In this document: positions 1 to 11,110 of the stretch, in pieces
Position numbering within the stretch: position 1 is the first letter of the stretch
Layout: every line of letters starts with the position of its first letter
DNA from: Anthoceros angustus
Taxonomy: Eukaryota > Plantae > Anthocerotophyta
Direction of reading: 5' to 3'
Length of the DNA stretch: 64,000 bases
Assembly: GCA_010909165.1 (NCBI GenBank)
Contig: VJWM01000289.1
Location: 61,051 to 125,050 of the forward strand
Notes under the pieces: model-generated
Database searches by the model: none
Told to the model about the DNA's origin: nothing
What the model saw: only the letters and a program-made list of their open reading frames with translations
Translations under genes and position numbers: made by a program

Positions 1-636
1 GAATGCTTCACGCACACAGACTTAAACACAGGAATGATGCTTAAACACACATGCCTGAATCATGGAGGTTATGATGGTGTTGCCTTCTACAATGCGGAAG
101 GACAATTAACTGAAGCCGGTCCCAGGGCTACTGAAGACAAGCCCAACACAGACTTGATGCAATTAAGACTGCCAGTTTTTGGGAACAGAGCCATCTCAAG
201 AAGAAAGGAAGTGTTTCAACCGCACTCTTAAGAGTTAGGAGACACACCTTACCAGCCGATCGTACATTTGCAGTATTTGTATGGAAGGCCAATAGGCCCG
301 TAATATTCTCCTTAATACAGAAAATTTCGACCCACAACAGTCCTCTGCTGCCGTTGCGCACATACTTCACCGACTTATCAACCTCATTCTTTTGCTTGGA
401 ACTATTTGCGTAAGACTCATACAGGTATGCGTCCTGTACCTCTCCTTGGGCTAAGGGGAGCCAGATCCCAGGAGTAATCTCGAGCATCCCAATAAGTGGG
501 GTCCTAATTAGAGGGGGATGAGGGGCGAGAGAGGGGAGGCGCAGGAGGGTTGGACTGTACATATGTACATAAACTGTGTGAAGCAAGCACTCCAGTGAGT
601 TTGTCAGGATTTTCATAGGGAATCAAAAGACCAATA

Positions 637-1959
637 TCAAGACCTCCAGTGCATAAGGTACTTAAGCTCGTCGTAGACTGCAAGGACGATGGCTGACCCC
701 GTGCACCTGACCATCTTGGAGCCCAAGCCCCTGTAGAACGAGGCCAGCCCTTCCATCCTGTAGATCATCCTCCAGCAATCCAAGGTGCCGTTGAACACTC
801 GCTGGTGCGGCTCCAAGCCCGCCTGCATCATCATGCGGTGCCTGACCGTGTCCAGAGGGTAGGAGATGAGGCCAGCCGCGGATGTGGTAGCCTGCGCCAC
901 CAACCATTTCTTCCAAAACGCCAGATTGACCTGCTCCTGGCTGGTGAGGTAATCCTTAGCCGTGTCGAATGCCCCGAAGTAGATGCTCCTGTGCACCATA
1001 ATCCCGTGCAAGGAGGCGGGAAGGCCCCGGTAGACGCCTCGGATCCCCTCCATCCGGTACACGGTGGCCAGGAAGTGAGAAATTCCCTTGAACTGCCGCG
1101 CCTCTTTCGTGCCGAGGTCCGTCGCCAGCCTGGTGTGCGCGATGTCCAGCGGGTACACGAAGGGCAGCGCGCTGCACCCGGCTGCCGCTCCCGCCAGGAA
1201 ATTTGCCGGAGCTGTGGCCAGGCTCCCTGGCCGGCCCTGCCCCTCCCGCCCCGGCATCAGCATGCTGCGATAAAGATCCTGCATAGCCGCATCAATCACA
1301 TGTCAGATCAGAAGATCTACAAATCAGAAGAATCCGACACGCTTGCTTGTAGGACAGATCTATTTGCATCCACAAATACACAAGACAGAGCATCTGACAT
1401 GCAAAAGCAAGCTGCGGACGCGGCGCAGTACCTTGAAGGCGAAATTGAGGCCCAGGGAGGGGTAATGGCGGATGACGCTGGTCCCGTTCCCGCGCCAGAG
1501 CGACAAAACTCCCTCGTCCCGCGCCACGCGCACGATGCAGTCCACCAGGCCCTTGTAACGTGGCTGCGAGCCGGCCCGGATGACCGGGTTCCCCTCCTGC
1601 GTCTGCAGCACCAGCTTTGCGCGCTCCAGGGCGCCACCAGCGTGTGCGCCAGCGCTCCGAGAGTCGCCCCGCCAGGGCGTCCTCCCGAACGCGGCCCGCC
1701 TCCTCTCCAGCGCTGCCACCGGCCGCATGCGCATCAGCAGCTCAGCCTCCTTTAAAGAGAAGGCGGAGGCGAGCCCGCTTCCTTCCGCTGCCTCCTCCTT
1801 CCCTTCTCCTCGCAGCTGCTGCTGCCGCCATCGCTGCCACCTCTGGAGCTGCCACTTCCGCTGCCGCTGCTGCTCCGGGCCCCAAGACATCCCTTCCAGC
1901 TCATTCTCTTTCACCTCCGCCCCGTCCCTCCTCCCCCTCATCCTTGCTTCGTCCTGCAT
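637..1959 (-). CDS. PM-ANT1: Mitochondrial-carrier-family adenine nucleotide transporter, PM-ANT1 (At5g56450)-like. Two exons: exon 2 at 637-1278 and exon 1 at 1432 to ~1959 (start uncertain).
   Basis: Translation gives ERAKLVLQTQE..EGVLSLWRGNGTSVIRHYPSLGLNFAFK|DLYRSML..ANFLAGAAAGC..VYPLDIAHTRLA..RQFKGISHFL..GVYRGLPASLHG..SYPLDTVRHRMMMQ..EGLASFYRG, which follows the PM-ANT1 sequence as I recall it. A phase-0 GT..AG intron lies at 1431-1279. TGA stop at 637-639. Three apparent 1-bp deletions at 1625-1690. Confidence 0.9.
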
Positions 1960-2813
1960 CCTGCCCCTCCACCCATGCTCTGCCGCTACTCCTCCTCCTC
2001 CCTCCCAATTCCCCTTCCCCGCACACCCGAAGATCACCTGCACACCCCCGCACTGACTTCCTGCCCCGAAAAAGCGCCGAAAAAACAGCAAAACAACACA
2101 GAAAGCCTGGTCACCGCAAATTTCTTCACGCTCTATTTATTCTTCCCACTTCCCCGCTACAGCACCTAACCCATTAAACTTGGTACTGGGAGGGCGTTAA
2201 TTCTTATAGATAGGGCATTCTGGCTATAGAACTTACCATGTAAGGGGAGCAGGTTATTATCCACAAGGACATAAATGCTAAAGGTATAATTCTTATGAGG
2301 GCGTTAATTCTTATAGACAGGGCATTCTTGCTATAGAACTTACCATGTATGTAAGGGGAGCAGGTTATTATCCACAAGGAGATACACGCTAAAGGTGTAA
2401 TTCTTATTACCTACAGTTTAACTTCACGGACATACATAGAAAGAGGAGATACCCAAACACAGACCTGGTTTCGGTATCGTTTGATCATATTCTCGTTTCT
2501 ATCGGCATCTATTACGTGGATATTTTTACCTTGCACCTGCCGCAGGTGACAGTCCGTGTCATGGCTCACGTGACGGGCTTACGATGCCTGTCATGTACAG
2601 AATAAGTGTTGGGTATACGTCGTGACGCATATCTATACACACGGTGGCGGGCTGCTCATTTGCTACGGTGGGCACATATATATGTACGTATCCGTGTAGG
2701 AAGTTTCGAATCCCGGGCTTGTGACGAGACTTGGGAGCAGGGGGTCGTGGAGTGATGCCAAAGAGACGTTTGCGGGTACCGGAAAGGATTGCAATGTGGA
2801 GCGCGGGGTAGCA
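1960..2813. promoter_or_regulatory. Divergent intergenic region shared by the two genes, with a G-box CACGTG at ~2568
   Basis: The 5' ends of the two genes face away from each other ~0.85 kb apart. CTCACGTGAC is present. Promoter function is inferred only. Confidence 0.45.
2190..2407. repeat. Tandem duplication of a ~107-bp unit
   Basis: GAGGGCGTTAATTCTTATAGA..AAAGGT(A/G)TAATTCTTAT starts at 2190 and at 2297, with few mismatches and a 4-bp TGTA expansion in copy 2. Confidence 0.9.
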
Positions 2814-5800
2814 ATGGGACCAGGAAAGGCCCGGCCACTTACCCCCATGCCACGTGGCATTTCGTCTAAGCACTTTCCTGGCGCGGGCGAGACCGTGCGG
2901 GTTGTGCGGAAGCGGCTCCCCCGATGCAGCTGCTGCTGATGCGAAGGATGCGAAGGCAGGTGATGAGCTGCTTCTGATGAGGTGCGACCGCTTGCGTCCT
3001 GGAAGCTTGCGCGAATTTACGGATTTAGAAGTTGGTACGTGTCAGATTTTTTTGAGTTGCTGTACTGCAGGAATCAGATGGAGAGAGCTGGAACTGCAAG
3101 GCACTGATGAGTTGCTGCACTGCAGGAATCAGATGGAGAGAGCTGGAACTGCAAGGCACTGATGAGGAAGGACTCTGCGCAGTGGCTCTCTCTCGTTCAT
3201 CACAAGGTGAGCACTCGCACTCTGGTTTGGCAGTTTTAAAAAAACAGATGTATGTATCTCGGTGGAATCTGCTGTGTCAAGAGGGCGGAGCAGAGTGATT
3301 CACTGTGAGGACGTTTGTAGATGTCTACCTGCCAGCTCCGCTAATAAGAGAGTTTTACCTCGAGTTCATGTGACTGTCTCATCAGTTGCCCTAGTTGGAC
3401 TGTAGCTGTACCAGCCTGGCTTTGTAGCAGCGAGGATTGCTTTTTTTTTTTGAGGACGCGAGGCAGCAGAGGGAACCTGTTTATAGCCTGAGCTCAAAAC
3501 AATTGCGATTTGCAAGTTGCTAAAGCTCCGTGCGTCCCGTGGTGCTGACAGTGGAGAACGGCGTACTTGTCTCCGCATCAGCTGAATAGTCGGAAATAGT
3601 GGTACGAAATTCCTGCCAAGATACGCCTTATCCCTTTGCTGATCTTGCTGAAGTGCAATTTGTCTGCACGCGGCCTTCCTGTATTTACTTTGTCGTCTTG
3701 GCCCAAGCAACCCTTCCCCTTCCTAGACTGAAGTTACTAATGAACATGGCCATTTGGCTTCCTCAGCATGGAATGCAAGATAGGAACGAATTATGGTTAT
3801 TACAATGAAAGTGTAGTCGGTGTAGCTTTCGTTGGAGGTAGAGGTTGTCGCTGGTCAGGGTGCACAACTGCACGTGGGGAAGCCAAGCCGGGGGTCCCAG
3901 CTGTCAGAAGCCAAGCCGGGGGTCCCAGCTGTCATCGGCAGGGCAGAGGGATGTGGAGTACGCTGGTGGGCGAAGGCAGCATGCTGCCACACACGTATGT
4001 ACTTCGGCACACAGTTCACACGATTTCTTCGCCTCCTCCTGTCAAGGAGTATGCTGGTGGGCTGCCTTCGAAGGCAGCATATTCCACATTCCTAGCAGGA
4101 GAAGGCGAAAAGCATTGTGCGTAGATGAGAAAAAATCGTGTGAAATGTGTGCCAAACTGTTATGTGAATACATGTTGTTGCTCCTCGAAGCCAGCACATC
4201 TCTGAGCCCCTCTTTCAGCTCGAATCCATCGCCAATTTCTTCACCTTGAGGTTCCATACGCATATGCAGCTGCCGTCACCCTCAAAGCTGCGAAACATGG
4301 CAAATCCTTTTCCCATGGCTGTAAAGCTTCGGAGCTCCATGGGAAGACCACCCTGACCAAATCAAACGCACACTGTGAGTCTCCTTTCAGTCCTGCAGGA
4401 GCATTGGATGCTTTTATCATCCCACAGTGAACAGCACCGTCAAACTAACAAACAACCGCTGGGGACGGAATTATAGAGTAGCCATTTGCTGGAGTGCAGG
4501 CTGTCCACCCATCCATGACACTCCCGCTCGCGATCGATCCTCAGTTGCTGTCCGCAGAGCCCCCTCTGTCACAAGAGAAGAACATGATTCACCCAATTTA
4601 TGCCAGTTCCTCTGGACCGTGACAATCACGGGCAGAATGAGACGATTACCTGCAACGCTTCAACTAGGTCTTTACAAAGATGTGATAAGAGGAATGATGG
4701 ACCCGGAAAATTTCAGGTAAGGGTCCTGGTGTGCTTGTAGCAGACAAAGGTATGCAATCAACCAGGCCAATGTGTCCTACACTTTGAGCCAGCAACAATT
4801 GCAGCACAGCATGCCATCCCATGACACGACAAGAAGGGGTTTTGACAAGACACCTGCACCGATGACAGCTCCGGTTGATTGTGACGAGTGTCTGGGCTAG
4901 GACAAGATTTCTTTGGCTCGTATTTGCTCATACGAGCTGTTACACAGCAGCCGCAAAACCTCTCCTGCTTTATCAAGACCATGCTCATCAAGACATCAAG
5001 ATCAGAAACCACAACATCAAAAGGAACATGGAGCTGAACTGACCTGCCCACTAGAGGAAACGGGGCAATACGCCCCAAGCCCCGAGCCGAGTGGAGCATC
5101 TGGAAGACCTCACGAGTAGGACACTTCATCAGTGCCCACGATCCAGACGTTACCCTAATTGTTCATTCTGTTGACATCGTGATGCTGGTCTGGCGTCTTG
5201 CTCCATGACGTTTTCAACACGATGCTGGGATTTTTGTGGGGAGAATTGTGCCAACTCCGGAAGGGGAGCATTTTCGAGTACAGCTGGGAAGGCGAGAGTT
5301 TGCATGTCGAGTCACCGCAGGGGGGAACTGCTGGCTTTCCCTCGTCTAGTCAAAGGCTTTTCAACCATTTGTTCACCCTCGAGCCCTTCTCCATGTACGC
5401 AACAGAGGCGGTATGTAAGTCTAGTTGGGATACGTTTGGGTGGTGGGAGGAAGGACGGGTCGTCATATCAATGGATGAGAGGGCCAAGAGCAGCAGGAGC
5501 AGCAGGGGCAGCAGCTGACTATAGTGGAACAGACACGAGCTGCAATCCGCATGATTACTTGCAGGTGTTGTCTGTTTGAGGAACTTGTTCAGAAAGTACA
5601 ATTATTCCTTAAACTGTTTTCATCTACATGTGCTTCAGACTTGCTGTCCATCATGTGAACCTAGGTTCAAGGAGTGAAGTATCGGAAGCCTGGAACCACA
5701 GATTTTCTTCTCACCGATGTCAACTTGTGTCTCCCACGGAAGAGGTTACACAGAGTTGTCCTGCAGCTGCTTCTGTTACCAAATTTGTAGCTCTGCATTG

Positions 5801-7149
5801 GCAGCTGTGTCTCCCACAGAAGAGGTTACACAGAGTTGTCCTGCACCTGCTTCTGGTACCAAATTTGTAGCTCTGCATTGTCAGCTATCTTCCACCTGAT
5901 GTGTAACTATGCGTTTGTTACGCAGGCTAGGTTTGATCTATGGGCGCAGCGGGAGTGGGAAAACAACCCTCTTGCAGGTGATTCCTCGCACTGAGTTGCT
6001 ATCTTTCAGTCTCTACTTTTTGGTTATTTACCATAGGGGTGCTCCCTGCAGCTGCTGGCAGGATTAAACACACCCACTGAGGGATCAATAACGGTGGGGA
6101 CAGAGACCTATGGTCCCTCCAAAAAGTCCTCTCACCAGGGACCACTCTCAGCCAAGGCTGGCATAGTGTTCCAGTTCCCAGAGAGGTAAATCTTCAGCTC
6201 ATTATGTCAGTCGGAAAGCAAGTCTCTTTTCCAGGGTTCAGGGCTCCCTTGGACCGGCTGGCTTCTTAGATTCTCAACAACTTGGGTGTAGGTATTTTTT
6301 GACTGACACGATGTTGGATGAGCTTGTGTTTGGATGGCCACGACGCACTGCTGATGAAGAGCTTAGGAGGAAGCTGACGTTTCGACTGCAAAATGCCATA
6401 TATGCTGTACAATATATCTGCCCTCTAGCCCCTTGTGACCACAGGCAGAACAGAGATTTTCTGATCACAGTTATCTTGTGTGTGCTTTCAGGTTGGCCTT
6501 GCAGGGATCCCATTGGATACTGATCCCCGATCTCTGAGTGATGGTTTCAAGCGCCGCCTGGCTTTGGCTGTACAGCTGGTAACCTCACATATTTTCTGGT
6601 TCAATTTCTGGATGTGGCATTCTGCTGATCTCCAGTTCTCAGTTGTTTTTGTTCCACATGTGGCTGTGGAAATTATCAAGAGCAGTACAGCAGAAGCTCG
6701 TTGTTTGCTGTGAAACCATGCCACACCACCCCAGCTTCTTAACCAACATCCTGTTGATGCAGGTGCGAATGCCGGACATACTTTTGCTGGATGAACCTCT
6801 TGCAGGTCTAGGTGAAAGCCCTTCCATTCACTCTCACTTTGGTAACCATTTACTTTGAATGCTAGCAGTCAAGTCATCACCCGAAGTTATTTTCTTTGTC
6901 AGATTGGATGGCGCGGGCAGAGTTGGTCAGACTACTATCGAAACTGAAGCAAACACAAACACTGATTGTTGTCAGCCATGATTTGAAGTAAGTGAAATAT
7001 GCTGCGAACGCCCCGAGCTGAAAGATCAGTGCCGCAGTTCTGTTCATTTGTGTGATTCTGGTTGGCACAGGGAATTGACACCTTTAGTCGACAAGGCGTG
7101 GGAAATGGAGATGGGTGGGAAGCTTACTGAACAAGCCTGGCCTCAGTGA
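2814..7149 (+). CDS. ABCI11: ABC transporter I family member 11 (NAP14), stand-alone ATPase. Exons ~2814-3030, 5665-5744, 5926-5977, 6052-6185, 6292-6406, 6492-6578, 6763-6811, 6903-6987, 7071-7149.
   Basis: The spliced product reads LE|VQGVKYRKPGT..|LGLIYGRSGSGKTTLLQ|LLAGLN..KAGIVFQFPER|YF..LDELVFGWPR..|VGL..DPRSLSDGFKRRLALAVQL|VRMPDILLLDEPLAGL|DWMARA..LIVVSHDLK|ELTPLVD..*. Walker A, Q-loop, Walker B and H-loop are present and all eight introns are GT..AG. The start ATG (2814) needs one inferred frameshift near 2918. Confidence 0.9.
3054..3166. repeat. 55-bp tandem duplication at the start of ABCI11 intron 1
   Basis: GAGTTGCTG(T/C)ACTGCAGGAATCAGATGGAGAGAGCTGGAACTGCAAGGCACTGAT occurs at 3054 and 3109. 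Confidence 0.9.
4006..4153. repeat. Imperfect fold-back (MITE-like or hairpin) in intron 1
   Basis: Outer arms GGCACACAGTTCACACGATTTCTTC and GAAAAAATCGTGTGAAATGTGTGCC are complementary at 23/25. Inner arms are GCCTCCTCCTG/CAGGAGAAGGC. A perfect central palindrome GCTGCCTTCGAAGGCAGC lies at 4061-4078. Confidence 0.7.
5726..5886. repeat. 80-bp tandem duplication spanning the exon 2 splice donor
   Basis: TGTGTCTCCCAC(G/A)GAAGAG|GTTACACAGAG..GCAGC occurs at 5726 and 5806. Confidence 0.9.
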
Positions 7150-7760
7150 GCTTGTAGGTTCTGCTGAAGCTTACAGGTAACAGCCAGCTTACTTCAGATT
7201 GATCCGGCCTAGCACAAGCTGTCAGCGCTGGGGGGCAGTGCTGTGGACTCAAATCTTGAAGGACTGCGCAACTTTTATGGGCTTGTTCTTACATCACTGT
7301 CTAGCTTGACACACAGTATTTCATTGAAAGGCTCATTGCCCTGGAAGGTTCATTGCTTTGTAACCGCTGAAGCTTGGTCGTCAAGCTTGTGCTTCAGCTC
7401 TCACTATTTAAGCAGAAGGAGATGGACAAACAGTCTTGTGAACTACGGCCCCATGAATACCACTATTTTATGTTGTTAATGCTCATGACATGGGCCTGTT
7501 AACTACTCCTTCTCTTTGAGGTAACAGCCTACCCGGGCACAAAGATCCTTACCCTTCACTCGCAGCCTGTCTCACACATTCATAGATGCTTCTATGGACG
7601 TACTTACTAGCCGCCTCGCCTGGTGGCTTGAGGACTCGCTTCGACGTTTCACTCTCCTTAGAGATTAGAAATCCCTAAGGTCATCTTGATTTGTTTGATT
7701 CAAGGCTAAACAATTTCCCGTTTCTAACTGAAAGACAGATTGCTGATGAATGACCTCTCT

Positions 7761-8443
7761 GTTAGGTTAGTCCGGTTACGGTAGGTTAGTCCGGTTTCCG
7801 TAGGTTAGTCCGGTTACGGTAGGGGTTACGATAGGTTAGTCCGGTTACGGTAGGGGTTACGATAGGTTAGTCCGGCTACGGTAGGTTAGTCCGGCTACGG
7901 TAGGTTAGTCCGATGAGGTTAGTCCGATTCACGGTAGGTTAGTCCGGCTACGAGGTTAGTCCGCTACGGTAGGTTAGTCGGCTACGAGGTTAGTCCACGG
8001 TGGGTTAGTCCAGTTACGAGGTTAGTCCGCTAGTCCGCCACGTAGGTTAGTCGGCTACGGTAGGTTAGTCCGCCACGGTAGGTTAGTCCGTTCGAGGTTA
8101 GTCCAGTTACGGTAGGGGTTACGATAGGTTAGTCCGTTACGGTGGGGGTTCTGATAGGTTAGTCCGGTAGGTTAGTCACGGTAGGTTAGTCCGATGAGGT
8201 TAGTCCGATTCACGGTAGGTTAGTCCGGCTACGAGGTTAGTCCGCTACGGTAGGTTAGTCGGCTACGGTAGGTTAGTCCGATTACGGTGGGTTAGTCCAG
8301 TTACGAGGTTAGTCCATTCGGTGGGTTAGTCCGCTACGGTAGGTTAGTCGCTACGGTAGGTTAGTCCATTCTGAGGTTAGTCCGTTCGAGGTTAGTCCGG
8401 TTACGGTAGGTTAGTCCCGTTACGGTAGGTTAGTCTGGTTATG
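7761..8443. repeat. Minisatellite, ~19-bp unit TAGGTTAGTCCGGTTACGG, roughly 35 variable copies
   Basis: Directly visible tandem array. Variants include GGGGTTACGA inserts, CT/TT swaps and short deletions. Confidence 0.95.
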
Positions 8444-8460
8444 AGGACACCATGACTTGC

Positions 8461-9450
8461 TGTTATCGCGTCACTGTGTGGTCCAAGCGGGGGTGTCTAC
8501 GTGATACAGCCTAGTTCTTACGCTCACCAAGCCTTGCTTTGCACACACACACACAAGTGGAACTCCAAGCACAACTGACTGTTAACGATCACAAAACACA
8601 CGACACAGATGTATGGGGGACTACCCAACTAGAATGCTGGTAGAACCAAGGCACAGGAGCTTAGAAGCTCCGCAGTGAGCAAGGGAACACAGTCCCATCC
8701 ATTGCCGAATGCCCCCTTCAGATTACAATGACTGCTACTTGTAGCGGAAGTCCCTTTGCTAAAATTGGCCCTATTTCAAACTTATGGCGCCTACTGGGAT
8801 CCTAGGCACCACTGTCCCCTAAGAGACATTGTTGCAAAGTCCTCTCGCTCTCAAATAGAAAGCTTCATTCACACTACAAAAGTCATTTTCCTTATTGTTT
8901 CATCCTTATCCTCACACATTGGCTCCAGCAGGCGCCTGGGTTCGCTCCCCTGCTAAGAAAGACAAGGGTGTAGTCACACTCACACAGTTCCGCACCTCCT
9001 CCATTTGCACTCCACGCACACACAATTTGCATACCACACTCTGCATTGTATCGTTCACCTAGCTCAGAGCCATTGGGGAAGGTCTTATGTCTTCCTGCTC
9101 TTAGTTGGAGAACCAATAGTTGATGGATTAAGGCCTTGCTTCACTCTAAGCCCTATTTTTCAACTTTGCTATGAATCCCCGCATCAGTCCAGCAAACTAG
9201 CCCACTAAGTCGTTCGACTCTTCTTCAATCGACTCCTGTATAGGCTCCAAGGCAGGTGAGTCTTGGGCAATCCTCAAGGTATCCCAAAAAGCATCATGAA
9301 CAGACGACCACTCCCAAAAAGCTAGATCTTTCCTTAAGATCTGAGCCAAGGGATATACCAAGCAATACCAATCATTGAACTCAGCTGACCTTCCAGTGAT
9401 GCGCGGATCGACTAACTAGGCTTGAAGCTCCCCATGGTTGGTCTTTTCTC
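8461..9450 (-). mobile_element. Probable LTR-derived segment of the minus-strand gypsy element
   Basis: Begins with TG, contains a (CA)n run, and lies downstream of the minus-strand integrase. No partner LTR was found and the boundaries are approximate. Confidence 0.35.
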
Positions 9451-9989
9451 ATGAAACACCGACCAGTCCATCCTGCAAGCTTCTACCCCTGCACACACAT
9501 GATGCAGCCACAAGTGCATCTAGAGATCTTCTCAACATTCGTTGACATCGCTGGGTCCAGGTATAAGCATTGGACCTACCCATCAGACTCAAGTCGAGGC
9601 GCTTCCTATCAAAACCTTCTATTGGGCACCACTCATGGTGTCTATCACAGTATGACAGAAACAAGGTGACCTCCTTCCCATTACAAGGCCTCTGCAGCAG
9701 TTGAGGGTCACAAGCAGGCCCAAAGAATCCATGCCTATCATAGTATGAAGTACACACCTCCTAAACAAATGTGCCAATCTTGAGTAGCTCTACTGGCCAT
9801 CATTAGCCACTTGTTCAGGGCCATCAGCAACTACATTCTCAGCCATTCACACAACATACCTTATCTAAAACCTAATCCTACCCAAAATAGCCTGTTGCTT
9901 TAGGTTAGATGCCTTTAATCATGGCACAAGAGCATCTTAACCATGACCAACAGCTATTCATAGCAATATTATCAGCAATAGAATTTCTT

Positions 9990-10720
9990 GAGGTGAGACA
10001 CACTTACCGTCTCCGCAGTTTCCAGGTCATATGGCTTTGCCACATGTACTGACCCATTCTAATGGATCTTTTTGACAAGCCATGGCCCTTCCCAAAGTGG
10101 CTTCAGCTTCGACCCCAACTCTTTTTTGAGATACCTATGGACATTTAGCATGAGGACCCACTCCCCCATAGAAAAGCTGAACTCCTTCCTGTCCTCATCA
10201 TACTTTTCTTTTTGCTTGAGTTTGCCTTCTTTGATGGTGAGGTAGGCTGCTCTCCTGACTTCATCCAATTCATGCAACTGTACCATCCTTGCATCTTCTC
10301 CCATAGACATGACTTCCAAAATGCCAAATGACCTTGTTGCTGCTAAGACCTGAGAGGATACCCTAGCATGTACTCCATAAACTAACTCGAAAGGAGAAAC
10401 TCCTACAGCTGCTTTGACGCGAGTCCGTATGGCCAAGAAGGTGCCATACAGATGTTGATCCTAGCGTCATGCTCATCCTGGCAAAGTTTGACCATTAGCC
10501 ATAGGATGATAGGCTGTGGTCAACCTATGCTTGATAAAGAACATAGATAGGACCTTCTCAACCATCTCATTGACGAACTCTCGACCCCGATCTGACACTA
10601 TTTCTATTGGACATCCAAACCTAGTGATCACATGATGATACAGAAAGTTCATGAGCGGAAACGCGAACACGCGGAGAGAGTCATAGCCATCGGTTTCATG
10701 TGCTGAGCCCGAACAGCAAT
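9990..10720 (-). mobile_element. Non-chromoviral (Tat/Athila-type) Ty3/gypsy integrase fragment, degenerate
   Basis: VITRFGCPIEIVSDRGREFVN..HRLTTAYHPMANGQ (core) and GVSPFELVYG..SKLKPLWEGPW (C-terminal GPY/F module). Confidence 0.85.
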
Positions 10721-10838
10721 GCCATTCGGGCTGGCAAACGCTCCCATCATGGTGCAAAAATGTGTGCTAGCTGCGCTTGTAGAGAAGGATGAGAAAGCGC
10801 AAGTGCGCCAAGGCCAGAGGATTTGAGCTCAAGGAGAT

Positions 10839-11110
10839 TTGTCACCTTGCAGTCGTGAGGTCTTGGACCCAAGACGATGCAAGAGGCATTTTGATGCTTC
10901 AGGCTCTTGTCACCTTGTAGTCGTGAGGTCTTGGACCCAAGACGATGCAAGAGGCATTTTGATGCTTCAGGCTCTTGTCAACTTGCAGTCGCGAGGTCTT
11001 GGACCCAAGACGATGCAAGAGGCATTTTGATGCTTCGGGCTCTTGTCACCTTGCAGTTGTGAGGTCTTGGACCCAAGACGACGCAAGAGGCGTTTTGACG
11101 CTTCAGGTTC
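10839..11110. repeat. Four tandem copies of a 68-bp unit
   Basis: TTGTCACCTTGCAGTCGTGAGGTCTTGGACCCAAGACGATGCAAGAGGCATTTTGATGCTTCAGGCTC starts at 10839, 10907, 10975 and 11043. Confidence 0.95.

Noticed and set aside
128-616. 162-aa minus ORF as a third gene
   Set aside because: No recognisable motif. A donor-like GTAAGG exists near 250, but no convincing downstream exon could be built.
805-1755. 316-aa plus-strand ORF
   Set aside because: It is the antisense shadow of the GC-rich PM-ANT1 coding sequence.
7761-8443. Canonical telomere or interstitial TTTAGGG tract
   Set aside because: The unit is 19 bp, there is no TTTAGGG or TTAGGG run, and it lies internally.
10839-11110. CRISPR array
   Set aside because: The units are contiguous with no unique spacers, there are no cas genes, and the context is eukaryotic.
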